Part shown: positions 33,007 through 44,738 of the stretch, one piece after another | How the letters are laid out: the number at the start of each line of letters is the position of its first letter | Numbering within the stretch: position 1 is the stretch's first letter | Assembly (NCBI GenBank): GCA_028826165.1 | Contig: JAPDFW010000042.1 | Span: forward strand, 1-55,850 | Source: Anaeramoeba ignava BMAN | Taxonomy: Eukaryota > Protista > Anaeramoebae | DNA length: 55,850 nucleotides | Reading direction: 5' to 3' | The notes under the pieces: generated by a model | Told to the model about the DNA's origin: nothing | Databases searched by the model: none | What the model saw: the letters and a program-made list of their open reading frames with translations, nothing else | Made by a program: the position numbers and the translations under genes

Positions 33007-35558
33007 ATGGATACAATAAAAGAAGTTTGGTCATCAAATCTCGAAGAAGAGATGAGAAAAATATGTGATATTGTTGAAAAATTTCCTTATATTGGAATGG
33101 TAGAAATTCTAACAAATTTAATTTCAATTTTAATTTCAATTTTAATTTCAAAATCAATTTCAAATTTAATTTCAATTTCAATTTCAAATTTTAATTTCAA
33201 TTTTAATTTCAATTTCAATTTTAATTTTAATTTCAATTTCAATTTTAAATTTAATTTCAATTTTAATTTTAATTTTAATTTTAATTTCAATTTTAATTTC
33301 AATTTCAATTTTAATTTTAATTTCAAATTTAATTTCAATTTCAATTTCAATTTTAAATTCAATTTCAATTTTAAATTCAAATTCAATTTTAATTTCAATT
33401 TCAATTTCAATTTCAATTTCAATTTCAAATTCAAATTCAATTTCAATTTTAATTTCAATTTCAATTTCAATTTCAATTTTAATTTCAATTTCAATTTTAA
33501 TTTCAATTTTAATTTTAATTTCAATTTCAATTTTAATTTCAATTTCAATTTCAAATTTAATTCAAATTCAATTTCAATTTCAATTCAATTTCAATTTCAA
33601 TTTTAATTTCAATTTCAATTTCAATTTTAATTTCAATTTCAATTTTAATTTCAATTTTAATTTTAATTTCAATTTTAATTTCAATTTTAATTTCAATTTC
33701 AATTTTAATTTCAATTTTAATTTTAATTTTAAATTCAATTTTAATTTCAATTTCAAATTCAATTTTAATTTCAAATTCAATTTTAATTTCAATTTCAATT
33801 TCAAATTCAATTTTAAATTTTAATTTCAATTTCAATTTTAATTTCAAATTTTAATTTCAAATTCAATTTCAAATTCAAATTCAATTTTAATTTCAAAAGG
33901 ATACTGAATTTCCTGGAGTAACTGTTCAACCTATGGCAAGATTTGCTAATCGAATAGATTATCAATATGGAAAAATAAGATGTAATGTTAATGAACTTAA
34001 AATTATTCAAATTGGTTTAACTTTTACAGATGAAAATGGGAATTTACCTGATGGAATATCAACTTGGCAATTTAACTTTCAATTTGATCTCAAGTAGAAT
34101 TTAATTCAATTTAATTTAATTCCCTTTTCTTAATTACTTTATTTTCCAATTACATTTAAAATTAATATTAAAATTGAAATTAAAATTAAAATTAAAATTA
34201 AAATTAAAATTAAAATTAAAATTAAAATTAAAATTAAAATTAAAATTAAAATTAAAATTAAAATTAATATTAAAATTGAAATTAAAATTAAAATTAAAAT
34301 TAAAATTAAAATTAAAATTAAAATTAAAATTAAAATTAAAATTAAAATTAAAATTAAAATTAAAATTAAAATTAAAATTAAAATTAAAATTGAAATTAAA
34401 ATTAAAATTACATTTAAAATTAAAATTAAAATTGAAATTAAAATTAAAATTAAAATTGAAATTAAAATTAAAATTAAAAATTGAAATTAAAATTAAAAAT
34501 TAAAATCAAAATTAAAAATTAAAATTTAAAAATTTAAAATTTAAAATTAAAATTAAAATTAATATTAATATTAATATTAATATTAAAATTAAAATTGAAA
34601 TTTAAAAATTGAAATTTAAAATTGAAATTTAAAATTAAAATTAAAATTAAAATTAAAATTAAAATTAAAATTAAAATTAAAATTAAAATTAAAATTAAAA
34701 TTAAAATTAAAATCAAAATCAAAATTAAAATCAAAATCAAAATTAAAATTAAAATTAAAATTTAAAATTAAAGAAAGGATCAATATGCACAAGATGGAAT
34801 AAATTTATTACAACATTCAGGAATAGATTTTGAAAAATTCAAAAAGGATGGAATAAATGTATCAGATTTTGCAGAATTACTTACAACAAGTGGAGTTGTT
34901 TTATCAGATTCAGTGACATGGATTTCATATCATAGTTGTTATGATTTTGTTTATTTTTATAAGCTTCTTTCTAATTTAGAACTTCCAAAAAAAGTTGATG
35001 ATTTTCTTGATAATTTACTTTATTATTTTCCTGTTATTTATGATATTAAATTTATTGCTAAAGCAAAAATATCTTATCATGGTGGTTTACAAGATTTGGC
35101 TGATTTATTGAATGTGATTTATTCTATTTAATTTAAAATTAAAATCAAAATTAAAATTAAAATTAAAATTAAAATTAAAATTAAAATTAAAATTAAAATT
35201 AAAATTAAAATTAAAATTAAAATCAAAATCAAAATTAAAATTAAAATCAAAATTAAAATTAAAATTAAAATTAAAATTAAAATTAAAATTAATATTAAAA
35301 ATTAAAATTAAAATTAAAATTAAAATTAAAATCAAAATTAATATTAAAATCGGATAAAAAATAATAAAAAAGGTAAAAAGAACAGGACCACAACATCAAG
35401 CAGGAAGTGATAGTTTATTAACATCTCAAACATTTTTTAAATTCAAAGAACAATATTTTCAAGGATCATCAATTGAAATATATAAAAATAAAATTTATGA
35501 TTTTGTTCCACCTCCAAAACCTGAAGGATACAACAATTCAAATCATTCTTATCTTTAA
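33007..35558 (+). CDS. CAF1: CCR4-NOT deadenylase CAF1/POP2 (CNOT7/8)
   Basis: Exons 33007-33099, 33900-34093, 34774-35113, 35373-35558. Motifs [55 protein letters not shown]; DEDDh residues intact. Confidence 0.95.
33110..33895 (+). repeat. Intronic (AATTTC/AATTTT)n, T-rich orientation
   Basis: Hexamer array in CAF1 intron 1. Confidence 0.92.
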
Positions 35559-35918
35559 AATTTACAAATCAATTTACAAATAAATTTATAAATCAATTTA
35601 TCAATAAATTTACAAATAAATTTACAAATCAATTTACAAATAAATTTACAAATCAATTTACAAATAAATTTACAAATCAATTTACAAATAAATTTACAAA
35701 TAAATTTACAAATCAATTTATCAATCAATTTACAAATAAATTTACAAATCAATTTACAAATCAATTTACAAATAAATTTATCAATCAATTTACAAATAAA
35801 TTTAATAAATAAATTTACAAATAAATTTACAAATAAATTTACAAATAAATTTACAAATAAATTTACAAATCAATTTACAAATAAATTTACAAATCAATTT
35901 ACAAATAAATTTATAAAT
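35558..35918 (+). repeat. 12-nt minisatellite AATTTACAAAT(A/C) immediately after the CAF1 stop
   Basis: Tandem 12-mers. Confidence 0.92.
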
Positions 35919-36250
35919 CTTTTGGATATTAATCAAAAAAAAAAATTCCAAAAAAAAAATTTAATTTAAAATTCAATTTAATAATGAAATTGTTGATCAA
36001 AAAAATTTAAAAGAGAAAAAATTTTTTTTTTCAAATTAAATTTGATTGATTATTTCATTTTTTTTTTCTTTTTTTTTTTCATTTTTGAATTTACATTTCA
36101 AATTGATAATAAAATTCCAAAAAAAAAAATAATTGAATTTCTATTTAAAATCGTTTTTTTTTATAAATCATCAATTAGAAAAAAAAATTTTTTTCATTTT
36201 TTTTTTTTCATTTTTTCATTTTTTTCTTTTATTTTTTTTAAATTTTTAAA

Positions 36251-39200
36251 ATGGGAAATTGTGATAGTAAAGGAAAAGAAGTGTTTGAAAGAAGTAAAAA
36301 GATTGAAAAGAAAATAAAAGATGATCAAGCAGCTTTCGAGAATGAAATAAAATTACTTCTTTTAGGTTTATAATTTGATTTAAAACCAATAAAAATAACA
36401 AAAATAAAATTTTGCTTTCTTTTCATTTTTTCAATTAAAAATTTAAATCAAAAATTTAAATCAAAATTCAAATCAAAAATTTAACTGAAAATAATTTTCT
36501 TTTCTTTTCTTCATTTTGTTTTGTTTTTTTATAATAAAATTAGGTTCTGGTGATTCAGGAAAATCAACTTTTGCAAGACAAATGAAAATTGTTCATTTAA
36601 ATGGTTTTAGTTTAAAAGAAAAGAAAGAATTTGTTGCTCCCATTTATAATAATATTATTCAGAATATGAAATCATTAGTTCTTGCTTCAAAACGTTTAGA
36701 AATTTCACTTTCTCCACAAAATGAAGTAAAACTAAATATTCAAAATCAAAATTCAAATTAAAATTAAAATTCAAATTAAAATTAAAATTAAAAATTAAAA
36801 TCAAAATCAAAATCAAAATTCAAATTAAAATTAAAATTCAAAATTAAAATCATAATTAAATTTAAAATCAAAATCAAAATTAAAATTAAAATTAAAATTA
36901 TAATTAAATTTAAAATTAAAATTATAATTAAATTTAAAATCAAAATCAAAATTAAAATTATTTAAAGGAAAAAATCGAATATTTTGAAAAAATTTCACCT
37001 TATGATTCAACTTTAAATCCAGAAATTGCTAAAAATATTACTTCTCTTTGGGAAGATCAAGGAATTCAATCAACATTTCAACGTTCTTCTGAATTTCAAC
37101 TTAATGATAATTGTTCATAGTAAATAAATATTCAAAATAAATATTCAAAATAAATATTTAAAATAAATATTTCAAAATATTTAAAATAAATATTCAAAAT
37201 ATTTAAAATAAATATTCAAAATATCCAAAATAAATATTCAAAAATACTAAAAATAAATATTCAAAAATATTCCAAATAAATATTCAAAATATTCAAAATA
37301 TTCAAAATAAATATATAAAATATCCAAAATAAATATTCAAAAATAAATATTCAAAATATTCAAAATAAATATTCAAAATATTCAAAATAAATATTCAAAA
37401 TATTCAAAATAAATATTCAAAATATTCAAAATAAATATTCAAAATATTCAAAAATAAATATTCAAAAATAAATATTCAAAAATATTCAAAATAAATATTT
37501 AAAATAAATATTTAAAATAAATATTTAAAATAAATATTCAAAATATCCAAAATATTTATTCAAAATAAATATTCAAAATAAATATTTAAAAATAAATATT
37601 CAAAATAAAATATTCAAATTAAATATTTAAAAATAAATATTCAAAATAAATATTCAAAATAATATATTCAAAATATATTCAAATAATATATCCAAAATAA
37701 ATATTCAAAATAAATATTCAAAAATAAATATTTAAAATATCCAAAATAAATATTTAAAATATATATTTAAAATAAATATTCAAAATAAATATTCAAAAAT
37801 AAATATTCAAAATAAATATTCAAAATAAATATTCAAAATAAATATTCAAAATAAATATTCAAAATAAATATTTCAAATAAATATTTAAAATATTCCAAAT
37901 AAATATTCAAAATAAATATTCAAATAATATATTTAAAATAAATATTTAAAATAAATATTTAAAATAAATATTCAAAATAAAATATTCAAAAATAAAATAT
38001 TCAAAATAAATATTCAAAATAAATATTTAAAATATCCAAAATAAATATTCAAAATAAATATTCAAAATAATATATTTAAAATATCCAAAATAAATATTCC
38101 AAATAAATATTCAAAATAATATATTCAAAATAAAATATCCAAAATAAATATTTCAAATATATAAAATAAATATTTAATAGTTTTTTCTCTCGTTTGGATG
38201 AAATTTCACAAGTTGATTATGTTCCTTCTGTTCAAGATATTTTAAATGTTAGAATTAAAACTACTGGTATTACAGAAACTCAATTTTCAACTAAAGATTT
38301 ATCTTTTATTCTTATTGATGTTGGAGGACAAAGAAATGAAAGAAAGAAATGGTATTAAAAATTTAATTTATTTTCAATTTAACTTTTAAAATTAATTTTG
38401 AAAATTTTTAATTATTTTTTTTTATAATTAGGATTCATTGTTTTGAAGTAAAAAAAAAAGAATTTAAATTTAGATTTATTTTAAAATTAAATTTAAAATT
38501 AAATTTAAAATTAAAATTAAAATAAAAGTTAAAATTAAAATTAAAATTAAAGTTAAAATTAAAATTAAAATTAAAATTAAAATTTAAATCAAAATTAAAA
38601 TTTAAAAATTAAATTTAAAATTAAAATTAAAATTATAATTTAAATTTAAAATTAAATTTAAAATTAAATTTAAAATTAAAATTAAATTTAAAATCGGATA
38701 AAAAATTAAAATTAAAATTAAAATTAAAATTTAAATTAAAAATTAAAATTAAAATCGGATAAAAAATTAATATTAAAAAAAGGGAGTAACTGCATTAATA
38801 TTTTGTGTATCAGCAAGTGAATATGATCAAACATTATTTGAAGATGAAAATCAAAATAGAATGCATGAATCAATATCATTATTTGCAGAAATATGTGAAT
38901 GCCAATGGTTTCAAGCAACATCAATAATATTATTTTTTAATAAAATGGATCTTTTTGAGCAAAAAATTAAAAAAGTTGATTTAAAAGTTTGTTTTAATGA
39001 TTATGAAGGTGGAAAAGATGAAAAAAAAGCAATTGATTTTATTAAAGAAAAATTTTTATCTCTTAATAAAAACAAAGATAGACAAATTTATCCTCATGAA
39101 ACTTGTGCTACAAATACAGATAATATTAGAAAAGTTTTTGAAGGTTTGTTTTTTTAAAATTAAAATTTAAAATCGGATAAAAATTTTTTAATTAATTTCT

Positions 39201-39263
39201 TTATTTAATTTCTTTATTAATTTTTTAGGTGTTAAAGAAACACTTCTTAAAACAGTTCTTTAA
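36251..39263 (+). CDS. Heterotrimeric G protein alpha subunit; 7 exons
   Basis: Exons 36251-36365, 36544-36725, 36968-37119, 38181-38351, 38432-38447, 38783-39143, 39229-39263. Motifs MGNCDS, KLLLLGSGDSGKST, RIKTTGI, DVGGQRNERKKWIHCFE, FFNKMD, TCATNT. Confidence 0.95.
37122..38176 (+). repeat. Intronic minisatellite, about 13-nt unit AAAATAAATATTC
   Basis: Tandem degenerate units in G-alpha intron 3. Confidence 0.92.
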
Positions 39264-39596
39264 TCAAATTTATTCAAAAATTTAATCAAAAATTTAATCA
39301 AAAATTTATTCAAAAATTTATTCAAAAATTTATTCAAAAAATTTATTCAAAAAATTATTCAAAAAATTATTCAAAAAATTATTCAAAAAATTTAATTACA
39401 TTTATTTAAATAATTTAATCAAATTTATTAATTTCAAAAATAAGAAAACATTCTTTTTGTAAGCTCAGTATTTTTTCTTTTGATTTTTTTGTTTTTTTTC
39501 TTTTGATTTTTTTAAAAATAAAAAAAATTTTTTTTTTTCAATTTTTAATTTTTCATTTTTTTCATTTTTTTTTCATTTTAATTTAAAATAAAAAAA

Positions 39597-42533
39597 ATGT
39601 TAAAATATATTACAGGAGGAAATATAAATTCAAATTTAATATTTTCACAAAATTCTAAGTAAAATTAAAAAAATAAAAAATAAAAAAAAAATTAAATTAA
39701 ATTTAAAAATAAAATAGATTGATCTTTGTTTCTATTAATAATCAAATATCAATTATAAATACAAACACTGGAGAAACTGTTTCACAACTTAAAGGACATA
39801 CAGGTTTTATTACTGATATTAAACTTAATCCTTCAAATTCAAATGAAATATTTTCTTCTTCTATTGATGGAACTATTAGAAGATGGAACATTAATGAAGC
39901 CAGTTTAATAAATGTATTCATTTAGAAAATTTTCAGAAGAAAAAATATTCTTAAAGAATATTTGAGGATTAGAAGATTAAAAATCTTTTATTAAGAATAT
40001 TTTTTAAATTTATAATATTTTATAATGTTTTTTAAATTTATAATATTTTTTAATGTTTTTTATAAAAAATAGACTTATTACTTAAACAAACCAATCATTT
40101 CATTCACTCTTAATAAAGCTTTTCCTGATGATTTATTCTTAATTTTATATTCAATCCAAAACCAAAAAGAAAACAAACCAAAAATTCCTCAAAATTCAAT
40201 TCCTGAAAAATTAACGCAATTTGGAAATAATTTAATAGAAGAAATCCAAAATTCAATGGATTTAAAAAATGAAAAGGAAATAAATCAAAGCAATTCTATT
40301 GTTAATATAAATGTTGTTTTATTCAATACAGAAAATTTCAAAATTACAAAAAGTTTACAAAGAAAAAAAATCAATTTTCCAAAATTTCAAGAATCATTTC
40401 GAAAAATCAAATTGGAAATTGATAAACAAGGAAAAATACTTGCATTTTCATTTCTTTTTCAAGTTGAACTGATTGATTTAGAAACAAATTCAAGAGCAAT
40501 TTTAAAACATCGAACACAAATATTATCAATCAATTTCCATCCTTTTATTGTTGGAAAAATAGCAACAGGAAGTAAAAACGGACACATTAGAATTTGGGAA
40601 AATCCGTTCCAAATTCAACAATCAAAAAATCCAACGGAAAATCCAAAAAAATACAAAAATGAATTGGAGGAAAAAAACAAATACCAAAAATTGCATTGGC
40701 ATGCTCACGATGTATCTTCTTTAATGTTCACAGAGGATGGGAAATATTTGTTGTCTGGAGGAGAAGAATCCGTTCTTGTAATTTGGCAATTAGAAACTGG
40801 CAAAAAAAACTTTATTCCAAGAATTGGAACAAGCGGAATAAAATACTTGAATATTTCCCCAAATTCAACTTTTTACTCAGTTGTCAATAATGACAATACA
40901 ATTTGGTTGATTAAAGCAAGAGAAAGTTCTTTGCATTTATCCATCTCCAAATTTAAAGCGCCTTCGCGATTACTAAATCATCAAAAATACAAATTGGCTA
41001 TTGAGCCAAGAAATTATAATTTGGTTTCAAATTTCTCTCAAAATACTCTTCATTTTTATGATATATTTAGTCAAAAACAATCAATGGATCTTCGTGTTTC
41101 CTTTCGCAATATCATTTCACGAGGAACAACTGAAATCAACCCAAATTTTGTGGAATTTTTCTCTTTTAGTTTTGATGGCAATCATTTGGCAACTATTGAT
41201 TTTCAACACAAAAAAAGCGAATCAAAAAATCAACATCAAGAAGTTTATTTGAAATTTTGGGAGTTTCAGAATCATAAATATGTTTTAAACACACAATTTG
41301 ATTCTCCACATTCAGGTGCAATTACATCTATTCTTTTCCATCCCGAAATGTATATTTGTGTAACAACATCAGATGATTCAACTTTTAAAATTTGGAAAAT
41401 CAAAGATGAAAAGGATCAAACCAAAACAAATGTTCTCAATTATTCATGGGTTTGTAGAAGCACTGGTTATTATAATAATAAAACCCCAATCATTGGTTCA
41501 TCTTTTTCTGGAGATGGATCTGTTCTTGGTTTATTGCATCATCGTTTAATCTCTTTATGGAATCCTTTTTCAAATTCTCTTCTTTCTTCTATTGCAATTC
41601 CTCATCCAGATGAAACGTTTATAGAATTTAATTTTGTTATGAAAATCAATCCAAATCATCTTATAGCTTCAACAAGAAATCATGTTTATGTATTTGATTT
41701 ATTATCAACAAGTTTATTGTGGTCAATTTCTTTGGATGTTGAGAAAATATTTTTTGATAATTTTTCAAATAAATTTATTATAGTTACAAAAAATCGATTT
41801 GAAAATGAATTTGAAAATGAAAAACAAAATCAAAATCAAAATCAAAATCAAAATCCAATTTTAAATCAAAATCAAATCCAATATTTAGTCTTATTTAAAT
41901 CTCGAAATCAAAAACCTCACAAATTTTTAAAATTGGAAAATATTGTTGTTGAAAAAATTATTTTTTTCCCTTCAAATCCAAATTCAAATTCAAATTCAAA
42001 TCCAAATTCAAATTCAAATTCAAATTTAAATCCAAATTATAAAAAAGAAAGTTCAAGAATTCTCATTTATGATTCACAAAATAGAATTCATGAATTTGGA
42101 CAAAGATTATCACAAGAAATTTCAAAAGAAGAATTCAAAAAAAATCAAAAAAAGAAACAATTAAATCGATACAAAAAAACATTTTTAAAAAAACAAAAAA
42201 ATGATCAAGAAAATTTTGAAGAAGAAAAAAAACCTTCTTTATTAAATTTCAATCAACAAGAATTTAAATTTGATTTAGAACAAGAAACAATTCCTCCAAT
42301 TTCTCAATGGTCTGATGTCTTTATAAATGATTTATTGAAACCAAAATCAAAAAAAGAATTTAAATCAAAAATCAAAAAGAAATCAAAAAAATAAATTAGA
42401 AACTTCTTCAAATCAAATGGAAATTGAAAATGATAAAAATGATTTAGAAAATGTTGATGTTTCTTTTGATAAAAAACAAATTAAAGAAGATTATTCAAAT
42501 ATTTTAGATATTTTTAAAGAGAATGATTTTTAG
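39597..42533 (+). CDS. WDR75: WD-repeat SSU processome protein WDR75/UTP17 (Nan1)
   Basis: Exons 39597-39658, 39718-39914, 40073-end. Signature LHWHAHDVSSLMFTEDGKYLLSGGEESVLVIWQ..FIPRIG and YLKFWEF..YVLNT..PHSGAIT. The called stop is 42394; a homopolymer frameshift would extend it to a TAG at 42533. Confidence 0.85.
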
Positions 42534-42666
42534 AAAAGAAATCAAAAACAACAAAATCAAAAAATTTTTATTTTTTTCTTTCTTTTTAAAATCATTTAGA
42601 AATAAAGCAATTAAAAAATTAAACATTTTTCTTTCTTTTTAATTTTTGATTTTAATAATTTCTTAT

Positions 42667-44454
42667 TTAAAAAATTAAACATTTTTCTTTCTCTTTTTGA
42701 ATATTAAATTTGTTAATTAATAAATCAAATAAATTTGGATTTGTTTGATTTAATTGAAAATAATCAATTCCAATTTGAATTTCATTAATGATTTCTTGTG
42801 TAATTTGAATTCCTTTTTTGATTTGATTTGAATAAATCCAATATTCAAATATTTGAAATGATTTATTACTTAATTCACTATAATCTGTAACTTTATTAGA
42901 AGTATCTTCAGTTACAGATAAAAACATTCCTCGATATAATTCACTTCTCATTATTAATATTAATTTTGGAAATTTATATTGTTTTTCTTTTCTTTCAATA
43001 ATAAAATCTTTTTCATTTTCATTTTCATTTAAATAAATTCTTTTAATTGTTTCTTCAATTTTTTCATTTGAATTTATAATTTCTTTAATTTCATAATATA
43101 ATATTGGATTTATTATTTTGTTTGAATAAATCATTTCAAATATTTGATTTGATTCTTTAATTGATTTTTTTGAAATAATTTCTTGAAGTTTTTCAATTTC
43201 AATTTGATTTTCATCTTTTAATCTATATTTCAATATTAATTTATGAGCTTCAATTATTTCTCCATTTTTGGTTTTAAATGAAATATCACAAAATTCTTTT
43301 CTTTCAAATAGTTTTATCAAATCTTCTTCAATATTGGAAAAAGAAGGAGGAGAATAATAAAGAAATGATTTAGAAACTCCACAATAAACATGATAATTAG
43401 AAATATCTTCATTAAATCTTAATTCAGGAAGTTTAATTTGAATTGGAATTGATCGATTATTTGTATCTTTAGTTCCTAATTGACCACAATTATTTTCTCC
43501 AAATCCAATTAATTTTGAATTGGAAGTTAAAATCAAAGTATGATTAGTTCCAACAGAAAAATCAAGAATATTATCATTTTCAAATAAAGATGATTTGATT
43601 TCAGTAAATTCTTTTTTTATTTTCGTTCTTCCAAATTCAACAGCTCCATAATTTAGGAATGAATAAAGCTTTCTTTTTGGATTTTGATTTTTATTTTGAT
43701 TTTCAATCAACATTATTGAATGCCAACCTCCACATTGAATATCAATTATTTTGCCTTTTGGAATATTTTGGATTTTTATTGGCTTTTTATTTATTGTTTC
43801 TTCAAAAATGTAGTCTGATAATTTCAATTGATCAATTAAATTAACTTCAAAAAAAAATAATTCTTGATTTGAATTTAAAAGAAAAACATGATATGAAGAA
43901 TTTCCTGAAAATATTTTAGAAACATTTTTCATCATTAAAATTGGTTTTTGTGTTTCTTCAAGTGTTTTAGAATCAAAACCAAGTTGAGCATATTGATTTG
44001 AACCAATTCCATAAGCATTTTGATTTGAAGTTAATAAGTAAATTGAATTAGCTCCAGAAACAATATCTTCAATTATTCTATCATTTTTATCTTCAATTAA
44101 TGATGAAATATTGATAAATTTATTTGGATTATTTGGATTAATATCTTTTCCTTTGGCAAATACATTTCCTTCTATTGTTAAAATAGCTTCATTTTCAAAA
44201 CCAACAGTTACTTTTTGAATATTTTCTTCAATTTGGATTTTTTCAGGATTTTTATTTAAATATTCTATTGCTTTTCCATTTTTAAAAAGGAAAATTGTTG
44301 AAAAATTTGCTGATGAAATTTGTTTAATTTGTTTTTCATTTTCATTTTCATTTTCATTTTCAAATTTAAATTGAATTGGTTTTATTATTTCATTTGGTTC
44401 ATTTTTAATAAGTTTTGGATATTGATTTAAACCAAAAAATATAATTTCATTCAT
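42667..44454 (-). CDS. RCC1 + BTB-BTB protein, copy 9, with CaaX; two blades diverged
   Basis: Intact 595-aa ORF; ends KEKEKCLIF*. Confidence 0.92.
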   Translation of the reverse strand: MNEIIFFGLNQYPKLIKNEPNEIIKPIQFKFENENENENEKQIKQISSANFSTIFLFKNGKAIEYLNKNPEKIQIEENIQKVTVGFENEAILTIEGNVFAKGKDINPNNPNKFINISSLIEDKNDRIIEDIVSGANSIYLLTSNQNAYGIGSNQYAQLGFDSKTLEETQKPILMMKNVSKIFSGNSSYHVFLLNSNQELFFFEVNLIDQLKLSDYIFEETINKKPIKIQNIPKGKIIDIQCGGWHSIMLIENQNKNQNPKRKLYSFLNYGAVEFGRTKIKKEFTEIKSSLFENDNILDFSVGTNHTLILTSNSKLIGFGENNCGQLGTKDTNNRSIPIQIKLPELRFNEDISNYHVYCGVSKSFLYYSPPSFSNIEEDLIKLFERKEFCDISFKTKNGEIIEAHKLILKYRLKDENQIEIEKLQEIISKKSIKESNQIFEMIYSNKIINPILYYEIKEIINSNEKIEETIKRIYLNENENEKDFIIERKEKQYKFPKLILIMRSELYRGMFLSVTEDTSNKVTDYSELSNKSFQIFEYWIYSNQIKKGIQITQEIINEIQIGIDYFQLNQTNPNLFDLLINKFNIQKEKEKCLIF

Positions 44455-44489
44455 TTTTTGAAAAGAAAAAAAATGAAAAAATGAAAAAT

Positions 44490-44738
44490 GAATTTTGAAT
44501 TTTAATTTTAATTTTAATTTTGAATTTTAATTTTAATTTTGATTTTAATTTTGATTTTGATTTTAATTTTGATTTTAATTTTGATTTTGATTTTGATTTT
44601 GATTTTGATTTTGATTTTAATTTTAATTTTGATTTTGATTTTAATTTTAATTTTAAATTTAAATTTTGATTTTAATTTTAATTTTTAATTTTAATTTTAA
44701 TTTTAATTTTAATTTTAATTTTAATTTTAATTTTAATT
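44490..44738 (-). repeat. (AAAATT/AAAATC)n spacer on the minus strand; also 48545-48667
   Basis: Reads TTTTAA/TTTTGA on the + strand. Confidence 0.93.

Noticed and set aside
8154-35788. Many ORFs of poly-IL, NF, KL, SK or ICKF
   Set aside because: They are stop-free readings of microsatellites in introns and spacers, not genes.
26995-38180. CRISPR-like or telomeric arrays
   Set aside because: They are degenerate head-to-tail units with no unique spacers, lying inside GT-AG introns.
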